This document shows, piece by piece, positions 44,601 to 51,004 of a stretch of DNA of 64,000 nt. The stretch is taken from positions 15,829-79,828 of the forward strand of contig CAIPFY010000373.1 of assembly GCA_903864435.1 (NCBI GenBank), in the 5' to 3' direction. The notes beneath the pieces are model-generated. The model was not told where the DNA came from. It saw only the letters and a program-made list of their open reading frames with translations, and did not search any database. The position numbers and the translations under genes were made by a program. This stretch comes from an uncultured Chloroflexota bacterium (GTDB taxonomy: Bacteria; Chloroflexota; Anaerolineae; Aggregatilineales; Phototrophicaceae). The stretch's first letter is position 1; each line of letters opens with the position of its first letter.

Positions 44601-45858
44601 GTCCAAGTTCACGCAGCAGGGCAGCGTGACTATCCGCGCCTATCAGGAACGAAACCCCGAAAGCGGCGTAGTCATGATGCGGGTGGATGTGCAGGATACC
44701 GGCATTGGCATCGCGGAGAAGGATATACCGCTGCTGTTCGAGGCGTTCCGGCAGGTGGACTCGTCGTTGACGCGCACCGTTGGTGGCACCGGCCTCGGCC
44801 TGCCCATCGCCAAATCGCTGATCGAGATGCAGGGCGGTCAAATGCTGGTGCATTCGATGGTGAACGTGGGTTCGACCTTCAGCATCACCATCCCCCTCAA
44901 GCCGCCCGTGCCGATGGAGAGCGAGGACGACGACTTCCCATCTATCAACGACTCGCGGAAGACGATGGAAATCCGCAAGCCCGTGACCGGGGTGTTGAAC
45001 ATGCCTTCCTTTGACCCCGCGCCCGTTCCCCCGCCCATTCTCAGCGCCCCGCCGGAACCGCTGCCCACCAAGCGGACGCTGAGTATGCCCACCATGCCGC
45101 CCGTCACACTCAAGCGGCAGATTTTGCTGATCGAGGATGCGCCGGATCGGGTGGACATCATTCGGCGGGCGCTCCAACGGGAGGGTTTCGACATTTTCTC
45201 GGCTTCGATCCCGCTGGAAGCGGAAGCGATGGCTGGCGGGTTGCGCCCCACCCTGATTATCATGAGCGCCGAATTTAGCGGCGGCAGCGGTTGGGACATT
45301 CTGGCGCGGATGCGTGAGCGCGAGGACACCCGCGATATTCCGGTGATTGTGGTCGGCCTGAAAGACGAGGCGCAACGGGCGGCGGCGGTGGGCGCGTTCG
45401 CTTACCTTCAGCGGCCTTTTATGCCGGAACAGATTCAAGACCTTGTTCGACGGGCAGAAGCGGATTCGCGCACTGAGCGCATCCTGATTATTGACGATCA
45501 ACCGGAAAGCACGCGCTTGATTCACAATATGCTGGATCAAGTCGGGCATTTCCGCGTGTTCGCGGCGCACAGCGGCGTCGAAGGTATGTCGCTGGTGGCT
45601 CGCCGCCGCCCTGATCTGGTCATTCTCGATTTGCGGATGCCGGATATGGACGGGTTCGCGGTGCTGAGTGAGCTGCGTGCCAACCCGGAGACGGCGCGTA
45701 TTCCGGTGCTGGTGGTGACGGCAGACGCTTTGAACGAGGACGAACAGCGGCGGCTCTCCAAGCTGAGTGTGATTGACAAAAACGATCTTCAGCAGGGGCA
45801 GCCCGACCAATTTTTCACCCGTTTGAGGGAACATCTCACCACGCTTGGTCAAGGGTGA
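38650..45858 (+). CDS. GAF-array protein F: 2402-aa hybrid sensor histidine kinase (TM-Cache-like-TM-HAMP, ~8 GAF-like modules, 1 PAS, HisKA, HATPase_c, degenerate receiver, canonical receiver)
   Basis: RBS GAGGGA. H-box MSHELRTPL, N-box LNLVSNASKFT, G1 DTGIGI, G2 GTGLGLPIA. REC1 has LIIMSAEF at the phospho-acceptor position. REC2 has DLVILDLRMPDMDG, VLVVTA and a conserved Lys. Confidence 0.9.
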   Translation: MVFKTPRIERNLPLHQQIMRRIAPILALVFVLFALAGAFLLYNGSTVSIQQQHFQLLTERSREVESLLEQVSADASALAGRAPALAFAEEAVAEVDANPGSATLNQFELQRDFLRLLNERSGQYEQVRFVTVTGSVWTAVSVNNGVLNTDLRLKPAELKNDRVFQNSLNTARVTFSPITLRTDTAGASRIVMVAYAPVADLAMGGQIIGVVELTVSARPLLDRLRTLPGQDYMRWILLNNQGRYLADSNALRLGAVDQNTYQPLADIEPALDALLGEHGSDVPLRFLGGDAVSAVGINAGNVPDMPWSLVLVEPDALGMAGFWGGLLLLALVSGVGIALTVWGINAALRHRLAPLTTARAMAHRLAEGEVEDTLTPPAANADELTMLMDAFKRISLRLHEMSLDLDEQTQRRARVLESALKVTRGVSASDDALGLLRRAVDLIADEFHLYYVQAFVLDDVGLNAVLVYGRGETGQALVEQGYRVLVGSPTVVGYVTRVGEMAYLPDVGIPDDIPYVSHSRLLDTRAELALPLRADNQLLGVLDLHSSRPRAIQADEAQLFQMIADQLAVALLKTRQLAQAEQRAQQTEFTSRQSVRGTWDEAERRHQLTASYRYDLVNVESTTGDGNIAALSAPIVIRGEVVGTIAAAAPEGLPFTEGDHATLKAVADRVALAMEGARLFQETQTGLAVTSTLYNLSRHLNEAEHLRDIIQAVVVTIAPDASGGQIWLFDEYAPGTAPKALELYTDWSFRPRTLAGRLEGTRFQMVDSLFLSALEPSRVQTITDVSRDRRLDDSLRAFFAQLEARSVALVPVSVRGQWRGLLMIEFNQPRDFSESEGRAFSALMDQAGVAIDNRLLFDAAQSEAQRALALAEVGQLATRVSGQFDQAISEVFERVAEPAQYDRWLLVLVDEETPNHLRVVTRHSPEGLETAAEAVFDLETGEHSIMDAVRQNVVLLVNDPASYPAFRYRGGAAIAAVGKHIATPIRVGDRVAGALLVGRGLDRADLDERDEQLVRTLTAQLAVAVDNRRLFRVAEEERAYLRSILETMPTGVVVLDAHTFYPIQANAQAEWLLGKPINLDVRFDVAEYNLIRTGTQALYPMSDLAIFRAANGQVEENDDLSIQYADGTQTDLLLNAAPIRNPRGDIDTIVAAFQDIKTLRTMENTLQNTLRDQIALYETTRTLANAPDVESALDATLMPLVVLEPTDAYIVLTDPVTNVQTVVRALVDLAAFNLPPDVFTPEMVIYPDIEGAALGRGMKAALLAGGVAAVVTVPLRARDTLMGWVALTFDHPVEMTPDNERFLSTLADNAAVALDNRNLFMGTQMAFQEARTLYEISRALANATEPQQVVQAVVTRLNQSHITQVVMAVPASLNPELDSLLVVSHWQREGSQSISLEGLTLNAEQFPAWRLVASPELLTLDDAETDPTMDAIERMGLSSIDARSLAVLPLRAGTRRIGALWLSSDQPYTYTERDHRIYQSFIEQASLSIEAGRLVQQTERRARQLATSAQVSQIASSILDLNELLPQIVVMIRDAFGYDHVQVFLMDAADEYAVLRASTGEAGRQLLAINHKLAKGSKSVIGTVTATKEPTIALDTADARVVHRPNRYLPLTRSEMALPLVLKDQVVGALDVQSNTPNAFSDEDVEVLTTLAAQISVALDNARLFEQTQNRMRDMSFLFEATSAAAAPDKSLSEALQDVADRVRGALDVLSATLYLIEEYEDPSGEVHQMLRAFALSGSDQPLSELSEIQLDSSVNVLSRVVKEQQPRLIDVARERGYMAIHPDAVAAAAAPLTSGAQAVGVVVVEDSRLNAFSEDTTRLLMTLTNSLSAIVQSAHLLEQMQKQNLQLRELDRLKSDFLANMSHELRTPLNSIIGFSRIILKGVDGPLTEMQEQDLSTIHTSGTHLLGLINDILDQAKISSGKMSVHSEYFEIKPVVEGVRSIGIGLVKDKSVEIKLEVSSGLPPCYGDEMRVRQVLLNLVSNASKFTQQGSVTIRAYQERNPESGVVMMRVDVQDTGIGIAEKDIPLLFEAFRQVDSSLTRTVGGTGLGLPIAKSLIEMQGGQMLVHSMVNVGSTFSITIPLKPPVPMESEDDDFPSINDSRKTMEIRKPVTGVLNMPSFDPAPVPPPILSAPPEPLPTKRTLSMPTMPPVTLKRQILLIEDAPDRVDIIRRALQREGFDIFSASIPLEAEAMAGGLRPTLIIMSAEFSGGSGWDILARMREREDTRDIPVIVVGLKDEAQRAAAVGAFAYLQRPFMPEQIQDLVRRAEADSRTERILIIDDQPESTRLIHNMLDQVGHFRVFAAHSGVEGMSLVARRRPDLVILDLRMPDMDGFAVLSELRANPETARIPVLVVTADALNEDEQRRLSKLSVIDKNDLQQGQPDQFFTRLREHLTTLGQG

Positions 45859-45901
45859 GGTGCTATACTGCGTGAGTGAACCTTGCCCCGCTTATCCATT
45901 T

Positions 45902-45943
45902 CCTCAGCCCTCGCAAAAGCTGAGGGGAAGCGAAGGGGTGAGC
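45902..45943. repeat. GC-rich intergenic repeat / hairpin downstream of the hybrid kinase
   Basis: CCTCAGC-CCTCGCAAAA-GCTGAGG hairpin (45902-45925) followed by GGAAGCGAAGGGGTGAGCC. Same compositional family as the other CCTCA/GGGGTGAGG elements. No T-tract. Confidence 0.55.
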
Positions 45944-46001
45944 CTATCACTCACGAACGTGATACCGGATTTTCTATATAGATTCGCTTGCGGAGTTGTT
46001 C

Positions 46002-47690
46002 ATGTCGCCTTATTCGCAACCAGTTGCGCCTCATATTGAACTGGAATGTATTAATTGTCACACCCGCCTACCGCTGGATCGCAACTTGTCCGGTTGCCCC
46101 CAGTGCGGCGAAGTCATCCTCGAAGCGCGTTACGATCTGGGGCGCTTCCATGTGGCGGATTGGCTGGCGGCCATCCAGCGACGGCAACCTGACCTGTGGC
46201 GCTACCGCGAAGTGCTGCCTATCACCGACTCGGCGCATATTGTGAGCATGGGCGAAGGGGGAACCCCGCTGATTAAATCTACCGCCCTCGCCGCCAGCCT
46301 CGGCCTGAAGCATCTCTATATCAAGGACGAACGGCAGGGGCCGACAGCCAGTTTCAAAGACCGGCAGGCGACGGTGGCGATTTCGGCGCTGCACGAAATG
46401 GGCGTGAATGAACTGGTGGTCGCCAGCACGGGCAATGTGGCGATTGCTTACGCGGCCTACTGCGCCCGCGCCGGAATCAAACTGTGGGCATTCTTCCCCA
46501 GCCTGACCCCCGGTGAAAAGATGCGCGAGGCGGCGTTGTACGGCGCGGAGGTCATCAAGATCACCGGAACGTATGACCAGACGAAAGAACTGGCGGCGCG
46601 TTTCGCCCGAAGCAAGGGCATTTTCCTTGACCGGGGAATCAAGAGCGTGGCGGCTATCGAAGCGATGAAAACGATGGCCTACGAAATCGCTGAACAGTTA
46701 GGCTATGAATTAGAGGATGGCAAACGCTGGCGTTCGCCGGACTGGTTCTTGCAAGCCGTCAGCGGCGGCATGGGGCCAATCGGCGTCGGCAAGGGCTTTC
46801 AGGAGATGAAACGCTTCGGGCTGGTGAGCAAGCTGCCCGCCATCGGCGCGGTGCAGGCGGTGGGCTGTGCGCCGATGGTGGAGGCGTTCGAGCGGGGTCA
46901 GCGCATCGCCACCCCGGTCGAGCATCCGTCTACGATCATCACCGCGCTGGCGACGGGCAACCCGGGGCGGGCATACGAGCTGCTGATGGATTATGTGCGT
47001 CAGAATGGCGGGCATTTCACTTCCGTAACCGATGAGGAAGCCTTCAAAACCAGTCTGCTGCTGGCGCGCACCGAAGGTATTTCGGTGGAACCTGCGACGG
47101 CGGTGACGTTCGTCGGGCTGATTCGCATGGTGCGCGAGGGAATCATCAAGCCGGATGATGTGGTGGTTATCAACTGCTCCGGTCATACCGTGAGCGTAGA
47201 AAAGCAAATTCTGGGCGACCACTGGCAACAAACGGTAGACCTGCCCGATACGCCTGATTATGCGCCGCCCCTGCCGGAAGAAGGGCTGCTGTCGGCGCTG
47301 GAGCAAGTGGAATCGCAAATTCACCGCATTATGGTGGTGGAAGACAACACGGACGCGGCGCGGTTGATCCAGCGCATTTTGCAGTCGCGGGGCAGCTATG
47401 AGGTGTATCTGGCGCATAACGGCGCGGAAGGGGTTCAAGCCATCCGTGAGTTGAAGCCCGATCTGGTGATTACCGACCTGATGATGCCCGATATGGACGG
47501 CTTCAAGATGATTGACCTGCTGAAAGCTGACCCGAGGACGGCTACTATTCCAATTGTGGTGGTGACTGCCAAAGACCTGACGGTGAAAGAACGGGCGCGT
47601 CTGAGTGGGCAGATCAACCTGCTGCTGCAAAAAGGTTCGTTCATTGACGAGGAATTTGTCCAAAGTCTGGTGAACAAGTTGCACTCGTAA
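46002..47690 (+). CDS. Threonine-synthase-like PLP enzyme (N-terminal zinc ribbon) fused to a C-terminal response-regulator receiver domain
   Basis: CINC...CPQCG zinc ribbon. GPTASFKDRQATV (PLP-Lys) and ASTGNVAIAYAAY. The last ~120 aa (RIMVVEDNTDAARL...PDLVITDLMMPDMDGF...IPIVVVTAKD...LLQKGS) form a complete receiver with acidic pocket, Asp, Thr and Lys. Confidence 0.85.
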   Translation: MSPYSQPVAPHIELECINCHTRLPLDRNLSGCPQCGEVILEARYDLGRFHVADWLAAIQRRQPDLWRYREVLPITDSAHIVSMGEGGTPLIKSTALAASLGLKHLYIKDERQGPTASFKDRQATVAISALHEMGVNELVVASTGNVAIAYAAYCARAGIKLWAFFPSLTPGEKMREAALYGAEVIKITGTYDQTKELAARFARSKGIFLDRGIKSVAAIEAMKTMAYEIAEQLGYELEDGKRWRSPDWFLQAVSGGMGPIGVGKGFQEMKRFGLVSKLPAIGAVQAVGCAPMVEAFERGQRIATPVEHPSTIITALATGNPGRAYELLMDYVRQNGGHFTSVTDEEAFKTSLLLARTEGISVEPATAVTFVGLIRMVREGIIKPDDVVVINCSGHTVSVEKQILGDHWQQTVDLPDTPDYAPPLPEEGLLSALEQVESQIHRIMVVEDNTDAARLIQRILQSRGSYEVYLAHNGAEGVQAIRELKPDLVITDLMMPDMDGFKMIDLLKADPRTATIPIVVVTAKDLTVKERARLSGQINLLLQKGSFIDEEFVQSLVNKLHS

Positions 47691-47736
47691 GGGAACGCCC
47701 TGCCCTTTGGGACAACCCGCAAGGGGGGAAGAACCT

Positions 47737-47753
47737 CACCCCCTCAGTCCCTT
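47737..47753. repeat. Motif d copy of the dispersed repeat family
   Basis: CACCCCCTCAGTCCCTT is the exact reverse complement of 12188-12204. Confidence 0.7.
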
Positions 47754-47876
47754 CACCGTTATTGTGCGGTATTCTCAAGATACAAGGGAAAATGCTGCAT
47801 TTTGCTCCCTTCGCTCTGAGAGAGAAAGAGACGGAGGATGAGGGTAAAAATACATAGCACATAGCACGTCCATGCC

Positions 47877-47935
47877 TTGCGCCGTTCCCATTTGCGGGGG
47901 TAGAATGCAAAAGCATTTGTGCGCTTGGCACAAAT
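47877..47935 (+). promoter_or_regulatory. Candidate sigma-70 promoter plus 8-bp-arm inverted repeat upstream of the aminotransferase gene
   Basis: TTGCGC (47877-47882), 18-nt spacer, TAGAAT (47901-47906). This is followed by ATTTGTGC-GCTTG-GCACAAAT (47915-47935). The region is AT-rich relative to its surroundings. Confidence 0.35.
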
Positions 47936-47969
47936 CAACTCAGACAATTACACCAAACCGGAGTCTCTT

Positions 47970-49313
47970 ATGACGTTCCATATCGGCACCCGTCCCGGCC
48001 CTAAAGGTCAGACGATTATTGACCGTGATGCGGCCATCATGAGTGGATCACTCACCCCGCGCTACCCGTTCGCCATTGAACGCGGCGAAGGTGCGCGTGT
48101 GTGGGATGTGGATGGCAACGAGTATGTGGATTTTGCAGCGGGCATCGCTGTGACCGCCACCGGGCATTCGCACCCGCAGGTGGTCGAAGCCATCATCGAA
48201 CAAGCCAAAAAATTCATTCATATCGCAGGCACGGATTATTATTATGATGTGCAGGTGAAAGTCGCCGAAAAGCTGGCGGAAATCGCCCCGTTTGAAGAAC
48301 CCGCCCGCGTTTTCCTGACCAACAGCGGCACTGAAGCAGTGGAAGGCGCGATCAAAGTGTCGCGCTGGTACACCGACCGCAAGCATATCATCGCCTTCTA
48401 CGGTGCGTTTCATGGGCGCACGATGGGGGCGCTGTCGTTGACTGCCAGCAAGGTCATCCAGCGCGACGGCTTCTTCCCGCTGATTCCCGGCGTGCATCAT
48501 GTCCCGTACAACAACCCCTACCGCTGTATGCACAGCCGCCGCGAAGAAGACTGCCGCGCCCACTGCACCTGTGCCGACTACATCACCGATGTGGTGTTCA
48601 AGCGCATCGTCCCTGCTGATAGCGTGGCGGCCATCATCCTCGAACCGCTGCAAGGCGAGGGCGGCTATGTCGTCCCTGACCCGCGCTTCATCCAGCAAAT
48701 CCGCGATATTTGCGACCAGTACGGCATTCTGATGGTGGTGGATGAGGTGCAAAGCGGAATCGGGCGCACCGGCAAATGGTGGGCGATTGAGCATTTCGGC
48801 GTGGAGCCGGATGTAGTATGTTCGGCGAAGGGGCTTGCCAGCGGGATGCCGCTGGGCGCGGTCATCGCCCGTCAGGGTGTGATGAGCTGGCCTCCCGGCG
48901 CACACGGTTCAACCTTCGGCGGCAATCCGGTGTCGTGTGCGGCGGCGCTGGCGACGCTGGAACTGGTCGAAAAAGGCTACATGCAGAACGCTATCGTGCA
49001 GGGCGAGTACATTAAGGATGCGCTGGAGGAGATGCGCGGGCATCATCCCACGCTCAAACATGCGCGTATTGATGGGCTGGGGCTGATGGTGGGCGCAGAA
49101 CTGGTGCTGGACGAGGCCAGAACGCCCGCGAAGGAACTGCGCAACCGTGTGGAGAAGCTCGCCATTCAGAACGGGCTACTGATTCTCGGCGCGGGCGAGA
49201 GTACGGTGCGCTTCTGCCCTGCCCTAATGATTGACCGCGACACCGTGCAGGAAGGTCTGGAACGCTTCGACAAGACGCTCACCGAGGCCGAACGCGAAGC
49301 CGGCCTTCTGTAG
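47970..49313 (+). CDS. Class-III PLP aminotransferase (4-aminobutyrate / acetylornithine aminotransferase family)
   Basis: GEGARVWDVDGNEYVDFAAGIAVTATGHSHP, DEVQSGIGRTGKWW and SAKGLASGMPLGA (PLP-Lys). ATG at 47970 after GGAG. Confidence 0.9.
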   Translation: MTFHIGTRPGPKGQTIIDRDAAIMSGSLTPRYPFAIERGEGARVWDVDGNEYVDFAAGIAVTATGHSHPQVVEAIIEQAKKFIHIAGTDYYYDVQVKVAEKLAEIAPFEEPARVFLTNSGTEAVEGAIKVSRWYTDRKHIIAFYGAFHGRTMGALSLTASKVIQRDGFFPLIPGVHHVPYNNPYRCMHSRREEDCRAHCTCADYITDVVFKRIVPADSVAAIILEPLQGEGGYVVPDPRFIQQIRDICDQYGILMVVDEVQSGIGRTGKWWAIEHFGVEPDVVCSAKGLASGMPLGAVIARQGVMSWPPGAHGSTFGGNPVSCAAALATLELVEKGYMQNAIVQGEYIKDALEEMRGHHPTLKHARIDGLGLMVGAELVLDEARTPAKELRNRVEKLAIQNGLLILGAGESTVRFCPALMIDRDTVQEGLERFDKTLTEAEREAGLL

Positions 49314-49318
49314 TACCG

Positions 49319-49349
49319 AAAAAAACGGGGCATGATGCGCTCATGCCCC
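49319..49349 (-). terminator. Rho-independent terminator for lysS (may also stop the convergent aminotransferase transcript)
   Basis: On the minus strand: GGGGCATGA-GCGCA-TCATGCCCC followed by GTTTTTTT. Confidence 0.75.
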
Positions 49350-49363
49350 GATTGCTCGTTTGG

Positions 49364-50890
49364 CTACTTCTCGTGGCGCAGGTGCGGGTACAACAGCACG
49401 TCACGGATGCTGCGCTGGTTGGTGAGCAGCATCACCAGCCGATCCATGCCCATGCCAAAGCCGCCGTTGGGGGGCATCCCGTAGCGCATGGCACGCAGAT
49501 AATCCTCATCCAACGGCACTTCGTCGTCGTCCCCTTCGCGGAACACCTTCGCCATATCGAGGAAACGCGCTTCCTGATCGCGGGGGTCGTTTAGCTCGGT
49601 GAAGGCGTTCGCCATCTCCATCCCCGCCATGTACATTTCCCAGCGTTCCACATGCGTATCGTCGTAGTCTACGCGCTTGGCGAACGGCGAAATCTGGCGC
49701 GGGTAGTCCATGATGAACGTGGGCTGAATCAGGTTCGGCTCAACGGCTTCGCCTAGCAAATGCTCAACCAGCTTGCCCCACGGCAGCCCCGGCTTGACTT
49801 CGATCTTTTTGGCGCGGATCACGGCTTCGAGAGCGGCGGCTTCGGGATAGTCCATGTAGTCAATCCCGCAGGCTTCGCGGATGGCCTCGCGCATGGTGAT
49901 GCGCTTCCAGGGGGGCGTGAAATCAATCGCCTTGCCCTGATAGTTGATTTGCAGCGTGCCGTTGGCTTCCATCGCCGCTGCCGCCACAAAACGCTCGGTC
50001 AGGCGGGCGACTTCGTGATAGTCAATGTAGGCCTTGTAGAACTCCAGCATGGTGAACTCGGTGTTGTGCTTGAAGCTCACGCCTTCGTTGCGGAAGTCGC
50101 GTCCCAGTTCATACACCGCGTCATAGCCGCCCACCAGCAGTCGCTTGAGATACAGCTCGAAACTGATGCGCAGGAACAAATCCTGATCGAGTTGATTGTG
50201 ATGGGTGATGAACGGACGCGCCGCCGCGCCACCATACAGCGGTTGCAAGATGGGCGTTTCCACTTCGAGGAAACCTTCATCGTCAAAGAAGTTACGGACG
50301 GCCTTCAGGATGCGGGCGCGTTTGCGGAACACATCGCGCACATCGGCATTCACCGCCAGATCAGCATAGCGTTGGCGGTAGCGGCTTTCGACATCGGTAA
50401 ACTCGCCATGTTCGACCACCGTGCCATCGTCCAGCGTTTGCTGCTTGATGACAGGCAGGGGACTGAGCGACTTCGCCAGCAAGCGGAACTCGCGGGCATG
50501 AACGCTGACTTCGCCGGCCTTCGTGCGCATCATCGTGCCGCTGGCCTGCACAAAGTCGTCGTTATCCACCAGTTTTTCGCCGATGAGCGCAAACGAGGCT
50601 TCGTCCATATCGTTCACGCGCAGCATCAACTGCACGCGCCCGCTTTCGTCCTCGATGTGCAAAAAGGCGATCTTGCCTTTCAGGTTGGCGCGGCGGATGC
50701 GCCCGCACACCGTCACTTCGATGCCCTGCGCGGCCTCGGAATCAGTGGGTTCCAGCGCCTCGTAAGCGGCGATAGCGGCGGCGCAGGTATGGGTGCGCTG
50801 GACGCGGCGCGGGAAGGCTTCTACGCCCTGCGCCTCCAGCCGTTCGACCTTCTCGACACGTTCTTTTTCTAGTTTATTCGGCTGCCACAT
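49364..50890 (-). CDS. lysS: Lysyl-tRNA synthetase, class II
   Basis: An OB-fold N-terminus, motif 2 (DFRNEGVSFKHNTEFTMLEFY) and motif 3 (GGFGMGMDRLVMLL). Confidence 0.95.
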   Translation of the reverse strand: MWQPNKLEKERVEKVERLEAQGVEAFPRRVQRTHTCAAAIAAYEALEPTDSEAAQGIEVTVCGRIRRANLKGKIAFLHIEDESGRVQLMLRVNDMDEASFALIGEKLVDNDDFVQASGTMMRTKAGEVSVHAREFRLLAKSLSPLPVIKQQTLDDGTVVEHGEFTDVESRYRQRYADLAVNADVRDVFRKRARILKAVRNFFDDEGFLEVETPILQPLYGGAAARPFITHHNQLDQDLFLRISFELYLKRLLVGGYDAVYELGRDFRNEGVSFKHNTEFTMLEFYKAYIDYHEVARLTERFVAAAAMEANGTLQINYQGKAIDFTPPWKRITMREAIREACGIDYMDYPEAAALEAVIRAKKIEVKPGLPWGKLVEHLLGEAVEPNLIQPTFIMDYPRQISPFAKRVDYDDTHVERWEMYMAGMEMANAFTELNDPRDQEARFLDMAKVFREGDDDEVPLDEDYLRAMRYGMPPNGGFGMGMDRLVMLLTNQRSIRDVLLYPHLRHEK

Positions 50891-50936
50891 GGGCGCTTCT
50901 ACCCCGCAGAGATGATGGTGAATGGGATTGCTGATG

Positions 50937-50966
50937 CAAAAAGGGGCGAGGCCTTGCCCCGCCCCC
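50937..50966 (-). terminator. Possible terminator downstream of trxB
   Basis: On the minus strand: a GGGGC-AAGGCCTC-GCCCC hairpin followed by TTTTT. The stem is short. Confidence 0.45.
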
Positions 50967-51004
50967 TACAGCGGGCTTATCTTACCATCGTGCGGTGCGC
51001 TTGC

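Noticed and set aside
29587-47690. Possibility that the large accessory-looking block is a phage-defence island or toxin system
   Set aside because: I see no nuclease, ATPase/helicase, methyltransferase, toxin-antitoxin or reverse-transcriptase motifs. All recognisable modules are sensory (GAF, PAS, HAMP, Cache-like), kinase/receiver or PLP-enzyme domains.
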